NCBI GenBank assembly: GCA_016934825.1
Contig: JAFGSB010000071.1
Coordinates: 23,349-87,348, forward strand
Length of the DNA: 64,000 bases
Reading direction: 5' to 3'
DNA from: Candidatus Zhuqueibacterota bacterium
Lineage (GTDB): Bacteria; Zhuqueibacterota; Zhuqueibacteria; Residuimicrobiales; Krinioviventaceae
Numbering within the stretch: the stretch's first letter is position 1; each line of letters starts with the position of its first letter. Both the position numbers and the translations under genes were made by a program. The notes below the pieces were generated by a model. That model made no database searches. It was given only the letters and a program-made list of their open reading frames with translations, and had not been told where the DNA came from. Positions 29,582 to 39,442 of this stretch are shown in pieces.

Positions 29582-30184
29582 ATGTATAAATTGATTTTAT
29601 TCGATCTTGGCGGCGTGCTCGTAGAGTTCACCGGTATTGATCCCTTAATCGCGCTTTCCCGCAATACGCTGACAAAGGATACGGCACGGCGTTTCTGGCT
29701 GGAATCTCCGTGGGTGAATAAGCTGGAGACCGGCCGCTGTTCAACAGAAGAATTCGCGGCCGGGATCATTACTGAATTAAAATTATCGTTAACAATCGAT
29801 GAATTTATCCGCGAGTTTGTATCATGGGAAAAAGGACCCTATCCGGGCGCCCTGGAACTGCTGGATTCACTGAACAGTTATTTTAAACTGGCCTGCCTGA
29901 CCAACAATAACGAGATACACTGGCGGACGCTTAATGATATATGTCAGATCCAGAAAAAGTTTTTCAGATGTTATGTTTCATACATTATGGGTATGATGAA
30001 ACCGGATAAAATAGTGTTTGAATATGTCCTCAACGACATGAAATTAAAGGGGGAACAGGTGCTGTTTTTTGATGATAATCCCGAAAACGTAAACGCGGCC
30101 CGGAGTTTGAATATCGATGCTTATTGTGTAAAAGGGGTAAGTGATGTGATCAAAGTGCTAAAAGAGAAAAATATACTGACCTGA
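29582..30184 (+). CDS. HAD superfamily hydrolase (subfamily IA-like)
   Basis: MYKLILFDLGGVL (motif I DxG), plus the downstream C-terminal FFDDNPENV motif. Start moved to the internal Met. Confidence 0.75.
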   Translation: MYKLILFDLGGVLVEFTGIDPLIALSRNTLTKDTARRFWLESPWVNKLETGRCSTEEFAAGIITELKLSLTIDEFIREFVSWEKGPYPGALELLDSLNSYFKLACLTNNNEIHWRTLNDICQIQKKFFRCYVSYIMGMMKPDKIVFEYVLNDMKLKGEQVLFFDDNPENVNAARSLNIDAYCVKGVSDVIKVLKEKNILT

Positions 30185-30224
30185 TCAAATATCATCCATC
30201 TGAACAGAGTCCTGATTATTATCG

Positions 30225-30259
30225 AAAAAAATATCGGAGACCTTTAAAGGGTCTCCGAT
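30225..30259 (-). terminator. Intrinsic terminator for the minus-strand isomerase gene (10-bp stem ATCGGAGACC/GGTCTCCGAT, U7 on the minus strand)
   Basis: The hairpin lies between convergent genes. The A7 run at 30225-30231 reads as U7 after the stem on the minus strand. Confidence 0.65.
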
Positions 30260-30271
30260 ATGATATAAATA

Positions 30272-31186
30272 CTATGCAAGGAATTGTTTGAGGTACCGGG
30301 CGCTCTGCTCAAGCGCGGCTTTTCTGGTTTCGAGGCTGCCCTCATAGGCGCGGTCTTCAACTTCAATACAAACCGGGCCGTTATATCCGGTATCGCTTAA
30401 AACGGACAACAGTTTTCCCCAGTTCACATCGCCAAGACCGGGCAATTTCGGTGTGTGAAACTCCAGCGGCGTAGCCAGTATACCGACCTGGTCAAGTTTA
30501 TGTTTATCCACTCTGGCGTCTTTGGCATGGAAATGAAATATTTTTTCGGCAAAATCGCGTACCGGTTTGATATAATCAATCTGCTGCCATACCAGATGCG
30601 ACGGATCAAAGTTCAGTCCAAAGTTATCGGCCGGAATTTCTTCAAACATACGCTTCCAGATTGCGGGAGTATGTGCCAGATTTTTCCCTGACGGCCATTC
30701 GTCGCTGCTGAAATACATGGGACAATTCTCAATGGCGATTTTCACCCCATTGTCCCCGGCAAACTGAACCAACGGTTTCCAGACCTGTTTGAAACGCGGC
30801 CAGTTTTCATCAACCGTTTTTTTCCAGTCCCTGCCTATAAATGTGTTGACGAGATTGATCCCGAGCAGGGCGGACGCTTTAATGACCTGTTTGAGATGAT
30901 CTATATAGACCTGCGCTTCTTTTTCGTCCGGGGCAAGCGGATTGGGATAATAACCCAGACCGCTGATTTTGATACCGGCCTTGTCCATTATTTCATTTAT
31001 CTGCACAGCGTTGTCTTTGGTCATGTCTACAACATCTATATGAGTCACGCCGGCGTATCGCCGTTCCGCTTTGCCTTTCGGCCAGCACATCAATTCCACG
31101 CATGAAAATCCCGCGGTTTTCGCGTATTTTACGACCTGTTCCAGTGTCAGATCGGGCAGGATGGCGCTTACAAATCCTAATTCCAT
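30272..31186 (-). CDS. Sugar phosphate isomerase/epimerase (xylose isomerase-like TIM barrel)
   Basis: 304 aa with a typical AP-endonuclease-2/xylose-isomerase-like TIM-barrel pattern (IAIENCP, HFHAKD). Confidence 0.8.
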   Translation of the reverse strand: MELGFVSAILPDLTLEQVVKYAKTAGFSCVELMCWPKGKAERRYAGVTHIDVVDMTKDNAVQINEIMDKAGIKISGLGYYPNPLAPDEKEAQVYIDHLKQVIKASALLGINLVNTFIGRDWKKTVDENWPRFKQVWKPLVQFAGDNGVKIAIENCPMYFSSDEWPSGKNLAHTPAIWKRMFEEIPADNFGLNFDPSHLVWQQIDYIKPVRDFAEKIFHFHAKDARVDKHKLDQVGILATPLEFHTPKLPGLGDVNWGKLLSVLSDTGYNGPVCIEVEDRAYEGSLETRKAALEQSARYLKQFLA

Positions 31187-31209
31187 ATATCCTCCAAAGA
31201 TATCGGTCT

Positions 31210-32355
31210 TTATTTAAGGTTGACCCAGCCGCCCTTTTCATGACTTTTCAAAATGGCCTCGCACAAAAGAATTTCATGATGACCGTCCTCAAAAGTTGGG
31301 AACAGCGGTTTGGCTTTTGATTTACCGGCAATATAACTGTAAAATGCCTTAAAACATTGCTTGAATGTGTCTCCGTATCCTTCATTATGACCGCCGGGAT
31401 AGGAACTGAAATTCCGCGCCTGCTCCGATAGCAAACCGGGATCCTTATTCAATAATTCGTTTGCTTTTGCGCGGTGACCGATCCAGATATCGTTTGGCGT
31501 TTCGCTGTTCCAGAATAACGCTTTTTTAGAACCGGCAATTTCATAACGCAGGCAGTTTTTACGGCCTGCGGTGGTCTGGGAGACCCATAAACAGCCTTTA
31601 GCGCCATTATCAAAACGTAGCATAATACTGCCGCAATCGTCCGTAGTGATGTTGACAGGTTCGGTTGCCTGTTGTTTTTTCTCTTTGCCTTTGAACGTCT
31701 CGACCTCGCCTTTTGGTCTGTGACGGACCGGGTGGATAATATTCAGATCTGCGCAAACGGATACGACTTTTAGACCTGTGATGGTTTGTACCAGGTCCAG
31801 CCAGTGCGTGCCGATATCGGCAACGGCCCGTAATTTACCGCCCTCTTCCGCCAGTACGCGCCAGTTATAGTCCGTCGGGAACAGCAGCCAGTCCTGCACG
31901 TAACTACCGACGATGGAATAAATGTCCCCGATATCCCCTTTTTGGACCATTTGTTTTGCTTCAACGTTCAGGGGATAAAAACGCAGATTATGATTGACCC
32001 CGGCGGCAAGGCCCTTTTCTTTGGCCAGTTTAACCAGTGCGGCGGATTGCTTTGAATTCATGGCCAGCGGTTTTTCACAGAGAACATGTTTGCCCGCTTT
32101 CAAGGCGTCCCGCGCCATTTCAAAATGAAGTTTGTTTGGAGTAGTGATGTGAACGGCCTGAACGGACTTGTCCGACATAACGTCAGCAAAATTTTTGTAA
32201 GCTTTGGGCAATCCAAGAGATTTGGCGGCTTTGCTGGATTCCGCGTCATCAACGCCCAGTATCCCGGCCACATGGATCCCCAGCCGACGCAATCCTTCGG
32301 TGTGGACCGGGCCCATAAATCCGGCGCCAATTACTGCAGATGTGATATTGAACAT
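31210..32355 (-). CDS. Gfo/Idh/MocA family oxidoreductase (candidate glycoside 3-dehydrogenase)
   Basis: N-terminal [10 protein letters not shown] Rossmann motif and [10 protein letters not shown]. Overlaps or abuts the isomerase gene, suggesting an operon. Confidence 0.8.
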   Translation of the reverse strand: MFNITSAVIGAGFMGPVHTEGLRRLGIHVAGILGVDDAESSKAAKSLGLPKAYKNFADVMSDKSVQAVHITTPNKLHFEMARDALKAGKHVLCEKPLAMNSKQSAALVKLAKEKGLAAGVNHNLRFYPLNVEAKQMVQKGDIGDIYSIVGSYVQDWLLFPTDYNWRVLAEEGGKLRAVADIGTHWLDLVQTITGLKVVSVCADLNIIHPVRHRPKGEVETFKGKEKKQQATEPVNITTDDCGSIMLRFDNGAKGCLWVSQTTAGRKNCLRYEIAGSKKALFWNSETPNDIWIGHRAKANELLNKDPGLLSEQARNFSSYPGGHNEGYGDTFKQCFKAFYSYIAGKSKAKPLFPTFEDGHHEILLCEAILKSHEKGGWVNLK

Positions 32356-32574
32356 ATTGCGACTCCTCTTGTTTTTAATTTTATATGAATTTGATTTTTA
32401 TTTTTTAATGAAAACGATAAATATTTTCAATATGTATTGGCCTCTTGCCCACTCATTGATTAGTTGTTGATAAATTTTAATTTTTTAATATGAAAATTTT
32501 TTGTGATATATACAAGAAATTTTCAACTCTTCGGAACCACGCTACGGGCCGTCGCAAACTGCTCAATGTGTTAC

Positions 32575-32647
32575 GCATCGCATAAAGGCGATGCATTCCG
32601 GATCTATAGTTAATAAATTATTCGATCCCACGCCCCGGGGGGTCGTC
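32575..32647. repeat. Third, inverted copy of the H+P composite repeat (GCATCGCataaagGCGATGC 32575-32594; CCCACGCCCCGGGGGGTCGTC 32627-32647)
   Basis: The reverse complements match 3338-3357 and 3396-3418 with one mismatch each. A GATCAACGCGG motif (also at 3125) recurs in reverse complement near 32706. Confidence 0.7.
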
Positions 32648-32856
32648 TTTAGGATTCACGGGCATATGACAATGTTGTAACTCTTTAAGTGATATACCCC
32701 GGGGCGTCGCCGCGTTGATCTGCGAGAGAATTTTCCTCTATCAGCATACATCCGCGGTTAAATTTCTACTATTTAGCTGACCATCAATTTAACTTTCCTA
32801 AAATGTTTGTATATTATATAAAAATTGTTTTATTATGATCCGAAAACAGGAATTTA

Positions 32857-33771
32857 ATGAAAAGAGAAAAGGACATATTTATGACTATATCAGCAAAAAC
32901 AGCACATATTTTGGTATTGATTATCATATTATTTTCACTTGTCGCCTCTTTGACGGGTATACTCTGGAAGGGAGAAAGCAGCGATTATATTTTTACCTCA
33001 TTACGAGGGGAGGAGGTGCGTATGCAGGGGGCCGGTTTGTATAAATATGATTCCGTGTCCATGGCGGCACAGGCTGTCGCGCAGGATTTTATCACATTGA
33101 TTTTAGGAATACCGGTTTTGCTCGGATCGCTTGTATTTTCGATCAAAGGCTCTCTGCGCGGTCGTTTACTGTTAAGCGGAACAATCGGTTATTTTTTGTA
33201 CACCTATGCTTCTTACGCATTCGGGGCGGCCTATAACCAGCTTTTTCTTGTTTATGTGGCTGTGTTTTCCGCAAGTTTGTTTGCCCTGATCCTGTTGATC
33301 AGGTCGATAAATGTGAACGAGATCAAATCGGTTTTTTCCCCTAAAACACCGCGGCGTCTTGTCGCCGGTTTTGAATTGTTTGTGGGGACAATGATCCTTT
33401 TTATGTGGCTTGGGCGTATTCTGCCGGCTTTGAAAAACAACATTCCACCGGTCGGCCTGGAAACCTATTCGACTTTGTTTATACAGGTTTTGGACCTGGG
33501 GATAGTTGTTCCTGTTGCCGTTATTGCGGGAATTTTGCTGCTGCGACAACAGGCGTGGGGATATGTGCTATCGGTTTTATTCCTGGTCAAAGGTGTGACC
33601 CTCTCCGCGGCCGTGACCGCAATGGTCGTTAACATGATCGCCGCGGATGTTTATGTCGCCCCGGCGGAGATGATTATTTTCCCGTGTTTAACAGTGTTCG
33701 CTGTTACGGTTACATGGATTTTTTTAAAACATATTCATGTACCACAGGGCGTTTTATCGAAGACGGATTAA
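32857..33771 (+). CDS. Hypothetical polytopic membrane protein
   Basis: About 8 predicted TM helices. No recognisable family. Confidence 0.45.
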   Translation: MKREKDIFMTISAKTAHILVLIIILFSLVASLTGILWKGESSDYIFTSLRGEEVRMQGAGLYKYDSVSMAAQAVAQDFITLILGIPVLLGSLVFSIKGSLRGRLLLSGTIGYFLYTYASYAFGAAYNQLFLVYVAVFSASLFALILLIRSINVNEIKSVFSPKTPRRLVAGFELFVGTMILFMWLGRILPALKNNIPPVGLETYSTLFIQVLDLGIVVPVAVIAGILLLRQQAWGYVLSVLFLVKGVTLSAAVTAMVVNMIAADVYVAPAEMIIFPCLTVFAVTVTWIFLKHIHVPQGVLSKTD

Positions 33772-33796
33772 TTTTTGGTTGACTATTGCTTTAATT

Positions 33797-34600
33797 TCAT
33801 GATGTTGTACTATTTATGACAAGTTTTCGGCAACAGATGACTGCAAGGCTCAGAAATAGAATAGATAAACAGAGGAAAAGCCACATACCCGCCGTATCCA
33901 TGGGCTGATGAAAAAGGAGCGGTTTCAAAAATTCGCCTACGGCAAGGGGTGCCAGCAGTGTAAATCCCAGCACGAATAAAGCGGGAGTCAGCACCAACCC
34001 CAGGCCTTTATTCCTGGCAGTCATGACGGCCAACATGACAAACGCCGGCATGATAAAACAAAGGTCTAAAATATAAATAGAATACATAAATTCAATTTTT
34101 TGCCCGAACCGGATCAGCGGTAAAAGCTGACTGATCCAGAGTGGGTAAAAGATTAACGGATTGAACAGTAAAAAAACCACGGATATGATTCGTATGGCGC
34201 CGGGCAGTTTGACCTTTTGTAATGTCTCTTTGCGGATTTCTGTAATACTAAAGATTAAAGTGTAAAAAGAGAGTCCGAATATGGCCATGTAAACGAGGTA
34301 CAGGATATTGTAGAGCCGTTCGATGACATAGATTCCGTAACCATAAAACAGGTAACCGAGGATACCAAGAATTACAATCTGTTTTATTTTATCGTTTTCT
34401 TTCATCCGGAAAACCAAAAACAAAACCAGGGCGGATGCAACAAGTGTCATTAAATCCTGGGAGAGAACTCCCGGCAGGATTTTTGTACTGACGACCATAT
34501 AATATATTCCCGGATAAACGACGCCGGCCAGGGCAGTGATAAAAGCCAGAAAAGCGGTCGAAAACCATAATATTTTGAGTTTGCCCATATTCCGAACCAT
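33797..34600 (-). CDS. Hypothetical polytopic membrane protein
   Basis: 267 aa and highly hydrophobic. Confidence 0.45.
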   Translation of the reverse strand: MVRNMGKLKILWFSTAFLAFITALAGVVYPGIYYMVVSTKILPGVLSQDLMTLVASALVLFLVFRMKENDKIKQIVILGILGYLFYGYGIYVIERLYNILYLVYMAIFGLSFYTLIFSITEIRKETLQKVKLPGAIRIISVVFLLFNPLIFYPLWISQLLPLIRFGQKIEFMYSIYILDLCFIMPAFVMLAVMTARNKGLGLVLTPALFVLGFTLLAPLAVGEFLKPLLFHQPMDTAGMWLFLCLSILFLSLAVICCRKLVINSTTS

Positions 34601-35285
34601 TTTTGTTCCTTTCGAAAAGAAAATAATTGATTTGCCTGAAATATTATCGGTTTTACTGAAATTCCTTGATACTAAATTTAAAATAAACTTTTAAAATAAG
34701 AGGGATAGTTTTTAATACGGCTTCATTTTTAACCTGCTTTTAGCAAAATAATTATAAGATAATCGAAACAGATTTCTTTTACCATTTAAAGGAATCGGGG
34801 ATTTCTGAGTACCCGAACTCTATTATGGAATCAGGATCGGGTTGAATGCTTCGAGTTCCTGATCAGGATAGCACCTATTAAAATAAAGAATATCCCGCTG
34901 TAAATTCTCCGAAACCCATCTGCGAATAAAAAAACAAGTATGGCAACGATTAAACAAATAATTCCGGCTATAAAATATGTTTTCTGCATTTTTTCCTCAA
35001 ATTGGTTCTGGGAATCTGTTTGTTCCACAGCGTTTAAATTTGTTCATTTTTTATAAAAAATACAAGATGTTTCCACTTTAGCAGGGAATTAATACAGAAG
35101 AACTATCTTTTCTGTTTTCTTGTTCTGTGTGCTACATAGTAAGAAACCACGGAGAAACCGGAGAGCACAGAGATTAAGCTGTTATTATTTCAAATTGTTT
35201 GCATCAGGTACGTTATAAAAACCGGGAATTAGGGCGGAACAAATAATAATTTTCCTTTTCCCCGGGCTTGTGAACCGGTATACAA

Positions 35286-35786
35286 TCAATCCGGGAATTG
35301 AATCAACATCTTTCCAAGACGAAACAAATATTTTAGCGAAAAACTTAGCAGGCCGCCCACTAAGATTATAGCGATGAACAAGTAATAAAAATTTATTCCA
35401 TTGTTAATGTAGTGAAACAGAAGAATTACGGACACGGGAAGATTGAGTAACAGGCCGGTCATTAAACCCGGGCTATATTTTTTAATAACAATTGTAGCGA
35501 TTAAATGCGGGAAAATGGAATTTAATCCCATCATACCAATAAAGCCGAGGTAAGTATACAGTATAATATAATTTGTTTCTCCCGCGAGTAAATTTAAAAC
35601 AGTTACAAAATAACCAAATATTGTTATGACAAAAACCGCGAAGATAAAATGATTGCTTTCAACAGGTTTTTGATATTTACCCGCGTATTTCGACCATTTC
35701 GGCAGCCAAATCGCTTCTTCAAAATTATGCAGTGTAAAACCTAATAAAAAAATGATTTTAATTGTTTCCAATGTTGAGTTGTTCAT
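35286..35786 (-). CDS. HXXEE-domain membrane protein
   Basis: HNFEEAIWLPKW motif near the N-terminus, with four TM helices. Confidence 0.55.
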   Translation of the reverse strand: MNNSTLETIKIIFLLGFTLHNFEEAIWLPKWSKYAGKYQKPVESNHFIFAVFVITIFGYFVTVLNLLAGETNYIILYTYLGFIGMMGLNSIFPHLIATIVIKKYSPGLMTGLLLNLPVSVILLFHYINNGINFYYLFIAIILVGGLLSFSLKYLFRLGKMLIQFPD

Positions 35787-36044
35787 AATACACCTTTTTT
35801 TCGTTCTTTTTTAGTATAAACATTAATAAGGAACATGGATTCCGGATTGCCGGGATTTTGGTGCAGATAATTGTTTATACTATCAGGGGAGTAGCGGATT
35901 GACCGGCTGCTATATCGGCATTTCCCGACGTCCCTTTTTACGGGTCATTTCCTGTGTGGCAAAAACAGGTACCTGCCAGGATAACATCGATAAAAAAAGG
36001 AAACCAGTAAAAACAGCAATCTTTTTTTTCTGCTTACATTTAAT

Positions 36045-37019
36045 TTATTTTTTAAAATATCTTTTCATTCTTTCGGCCCAGTCTCTTAAATAGTCTTGTC
36101 GCCATTTATTTACAGTTTTAGCGCCGGGATAATTCGCTTCCTGCAGAACGGGATCGGGATTATCGATGAACCAGTTTGGTCTGCCCTGTTTGCGGATAAA
36201 TTGCCCTCCCCAGCTTTGACCGGTGGGGTCATTGGGATTTCCACGCAACAGCCGGGCGACTGTCGGTGTATCTCCCATTTTGATTTTGTTGTTTTTCAGA
36301 GGTGTGAAAAAGTCTCCCAGGGCGCCATGTCCCCTGAGATATTCATTGATAAAAGAACTGTTATCCAGGTCCCCGTTCTGAATGCCGCCTGTATACCACC
36401 CCCGGAATGTGGTTTCGTCCTGAATGATCCACAAATCGGGGTAGTTTTTTTCTATATAGGCAAAAGCGTTTTCGTCCTGACGGCGGTTCCAACTGGCGAT
36501 AAAATGAACGCGGATTTTATTTTTAATTGACGGATCATCATGTAAAGCCTGGGCAACATCGGTAATGCTGCCCCAAACCAGAATATAAAGGGGACGTGCA
36601 TCGTCTTTACCGGCGCATTGTATGATCCATTCCGAACCCCTTGTCGGGGAACTGTAACCGCAATCCGGAGCCGGATCAACGGCGCCCTGTTTGGTGATGG
36701 AGCGAAGATAACCGGGCGCAGGATAGTCCCCGGAGAAGGAGGATAAAACGGGATAATCTTTTTCATAAAGATCGATTACCCTGAAGAAATCTTTTTTACG
36801 ACCGGAGTCGGGAGGTGATGAAATGAATCCCTCCGTGTCAAACAGGTCCGAGTAAATCAGGTAATGAACAAAAGATTGCAGATCATCCTCGTCACTTCCG
36901 CCGATATCGGATGATACGATCACACGGTACCGATGACCTTCCAATGCTCCACCGTCAAGGGAAAATACCGTACAGCAGTAAAAAAGGACAAAAAGGATTG
37001 TTAAATTTTTAATATTCAT
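36045..37019 (-). CDS. DUF1593 / nucleoside-hydrolase-like domain secreted protein (Sde182-like)
   Basis: RVIVSSDIGGSDEDDLQSFVHYLIYSDLFDTEGFISS is the characteristic N-terminal motif. Signal peptide present. Confidence 0.45.
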   Translation of the reverse strand: MNIKNLTILFVLFYCCTVFSLDGGALEGHRYRVIVSSDIGGSDEDDLQSFVHYLIYSDLFDTEGFISSPPDSGRKKDFFRVIDLYEKDYPVLSSFSGDYPAPGYLRSITKQGAVDPAPDCGYSSPTRGSEWIIQCAGKDDARPLYILVWGSITDVAQALHDDPSIKNKIRVHFIASWNRRQDENAFAYIEKNYPDLWIIQDETTFRGWYTGGIQNGDLDNSSFINEYLRGHGALGDFFTPLKNNKIKMGDTPTVARLLRGNPNDPTGQSWGGQFIRKQGRPNWFIDNPDPVLQEANYPGAKTVNKWRQDYLRDWAERMKRYFKK

Positions 37020-37768
37020 TTTAATTCTCTTATTTTAATATTTTTGAACAGGATTTTGAGCTCATCCCCGGTATGGATTTGCAGGGCAATGTGTCCTCTC
37101 ATGCCAACATTTCTGTTTTGGTGCACTTTGTCATTGAGAACACCGTTACCGTCGTATCGCAAAACGGGGATGCCGTTCAGCGCGGCGAATATTTTCGTGC
37201 CGTGGGCGGTAATCTCCAGATCATTCCAGCCGTCACCCTCGTCACTGTAATAATAAATCATATCCGGATTGGCCATTGTTTCGTCCACCCAGGAGTCCCG
37301 GGGTATATCGGGATAGAGCCAGCGTTTGTTATCACGGGTTTCGTCCCATACCATGCCGGTCCGCCAGTGATCCGGAGGATGGATGTCAATTTGCGGACCG
37401 TCCAGCCACCCGGCCTCGTTATCGTAACGGCTGCGGATCTGTACGCCGCTGTTGCCCGTCGAGTATTTATATATCTGGTAAGACAGACAAAGTATAAAGT
37501 TACTATATTCTTTATCGGATACTAACCATATATAATCGTGATTTTTATCGCCAATGGAGTTGGCTTGAATACAACCATCCACAACCGACCAGTAATTTTT
37601 GGCACTGTCGGCCGGTACCTTTTTCACTGTCCAGCCTGTTAGGTCTTTACCGTTGAAAAGAGATGTCCACCTGTCGTCACCGGACTCTGTCTTACCGCAG
37701 GAAATTATGGACATGTAAATAAATAAAAGAGGGAAAAGAATTTTAACGATCTGGATTTTAATTTTCAT
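37016..37768 (-). CDS. DUF1080 family protein (3-keto-disaccharide hydrolase-like), secreted
   Basis: LFNGKDLTGWTV...GVQIRSRY...GHIALQIHTGDELKILFKNIKIREL. Overlaps the downstream gene by 4 nt, indicating an operon. Confidence 0.75.
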   Translation of the reverse strand: MKIKIQIVKILFPLLFIYMSIISCGKTESGDDRWTSLFNGKDLTGWTVKKVPADSAKNYWSVVDGCIQANSIGDKNHDYIWLVSDKEYSNFILCLSYQIYKYSTGNSGVQIRSRYDNEAGWLDGPQIDIHPPDHWRTGMVWDETRDNKRWLYPDIPRDSWVDETMANPDMIYYYSDEGDGWNDLEITAHGTKIFAALNGIPVLRYDGNGVLNDKVHQNRNVGMRGHIALQIHTGDELKILFKNIKIRELK

Positions 37769-37975
37769 TGTCTGACCATCCGTTATCCGTTACATTCTTT
37801 TTGTCCGAAATTATCACTAGTATCCGGTCAAACGCGGAGACGATACCCTATTCATCACAGGTTATTAAACTTTAAACCGGCCCAAGCAGTGCCCCTTAAC
37901 CGGACAACAGTGTGATAGTATATAAAATAAAAAACTGAATTTCAAGTGGAATAAATTTTAAAATCAAAAAAAGAC

Positions 37976-38030
37976 TTGACATTGTAAAGAAAAGTTTTAT
38001 ATTCATATTGTAATAGTTGTATATTACAAT
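37976..38030 (+). promoter_or_regulatory. Sigma70-like promoter (TTGACA -16- TATATT) followed by a palindromic GntR-type operator candidate (TTGTAATA-N6-TATTACAA containing GTatattAC)
   Basis: TTGACA at 37976-37981, TATATT at 37998-38003, and an inverted repeat at 38008-38029, all upstream of the GntR gene, which has a GTG start with a GAGGAGG RBS. Confidence 0.5.
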
Positions 38031-38113
38031 ATGAAACTATTGTATTAGTTCTTTCGTATAATAAATCAGTTTGAGGATATATTCATTATAAAATTAGAGG
38101 AGGTGAGTGCTGC

Positions 38114-38491
38114 GTGATAAATTTTAAACTCGATCCCAAAAGCGGAGTGCCTTTTTACCGGCAGATCATAGATCAAATACGATACGGCATCGCATCGGGT
38201 GATTTGAAACTGGGCGAACAATTACCCACTGTCAGGGCACTTGCCGTACAATTAAAGGTAAATCTGAATACGGTGACAAAAGCATACAAGGAACTGGAAA
38301 TTCAAAAAATCTTGGAGACACAACAGGGTACGGGTACGTTTATCGGTTCTTTGACGGTAAATATTTCCGAAAAAGAAAAGCATGACAAATTGAAAAGTAT
38401 TTGCCGGGAATTCATGAGCATAGCTTACAGCTATGGATTCGACGTTGAAGATGTTATTCAGGAATTAAAACAAAACGGAGGAAGATCATGA
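38114..38491 (+). CDS. GntR family transcriptional regulator (short, YhcF/YtrA-like)
   Basis: wHTH motif LPTVRALAVQLKVNLNTVTKAYKELE. 125 aa. Confidence 0.8.
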   Translation: MINFKLDPKSGVPFYRQIIDQIRYGIASGDLKLGEQLPTVRALAVQLKVNLNTVTKAYKELEIQKILETQQGTGTFIGSLTVNISEKEKHDKLKSICREFMSIAYSYGFDVEDVIQELKQNGGRS

Positions 38492-39378
38492 AAGCTCACA
38501 TTAAACCCAAACAGGATTTAAATCCGGTTGCCATGACGGTATTAATCAGTTTACTGGCGGCGGATATTATTTTATACTTTTTTGTTCTGAATAGTATTCC
38601 AGTACTTGTTGTGGGGATATTGCTATCAGCTTTGATAGCCGCTTCCATTCACATTGCCGATCAGTGGGAAAAAGCGGTCGTCCTGAGGATGGGTAAATTT
38701 GTTGGTTTAAAGGGGCCGGGTTTGTTTTTTATTATCCCGATTATTGACCGTGTGGATAATTATATCGATCAGCGGGTGCGGGTGACAGATTTTAAAGCCG
38801 AAGAAACCCTGACCAAAGACACAGTGCCGGTCAATGTTGACGCGGTTGTATACTGGACGGTATGGGATGTTGAAAAAGCCGCCCTGGAAGTGCAGGAGTA
38901 TACGAATGCCGTCACTTATATCGCGCAGACAGGATTACGGGACATCATCGGCAAGCACGAACTTGCCGATCTGCTGCAAAACCGGGAAAAAATTGCGGAA
39001 GCATTGCAGTCCACCCTGGATGAACACACCAATCCGTGGGGTATAACCTGTCAGAATGTCGGTATTAAGGACATTGTCATACCGGCGGCGCTTGCCGATG
39101 CCATGAGCAAGCAGGCGCAGGCGGAACGGGAGCGTCAGGCGCGGGTGATCCTGGGTACGGCTGAGACGGAAATATCCGAAAAGTTTGCCAAAGCCAGCGA
39201 GAATTATCTGAATAATCCTGTTGCGCTGCAGCTTCGAGGTATGAACATGTTGTTCGAAGGTCTGAAAGAAAAGGGATCGCTGATTATAGTTCCCAGTTCA
39301 GCGCTTGAGTCCATGAACCTTGGTGCGATCGGCGGATTGTCCGCCTTGGCCGAACAGGCAGAGAGTAAAACAAAATAA
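38488..39378 (+). CDS. SPFH/band-7 (stomatin-like) membrane protein
   Basis: N-terminal TM helix, SPFH core (KAVVLRMGKFVGLKGPGLFFIIPIIDRV), and a C-terminal coiled-coil with an AQAERERQARV motif. Overlaps the GntR gene by 4 nt. Confidence 0.8.
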   Translation: MKAHIKPKQDLNPVAMTVLISLLAADIILYFFVLNSIPVLVVGILLSALIAASIHIADQWEKAVVLRMGKFVGLKGPGLFFIIPIIDRVDNYIDQRVRVTDFKAEETLTKDTVPVNVDAVVYWTVWDVEKAALEVQEYTNAVTYIAQTGLRDIIGKHELADLLQNREKIAEALQSTLDEHTNPWGITCQNVGIKDIVIPAALADAMSKQAQAERERQARVILGTAETEISEKFAKASENYLNNPVALQLRGMNMLFEGLKEKGSLIIVPSSALESMNLGAIGGLSALAEQAESKTK

Positions 39379-39442
39379 ATTATTGGTCCAAAAAAGATCA
39401 GGCATGCGAATTCAGTCTGCGGGCCTGATTTCGGAGGTTGTC

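Noticed and set aside
34831-35028. 65-aa hydrophobic ORF on the minus strand
   Set aside because: It could be a genuine small membrane protein (two predicted TM helices), but it has no recognisable RBS or family. It is too uncertain to list as a feature.
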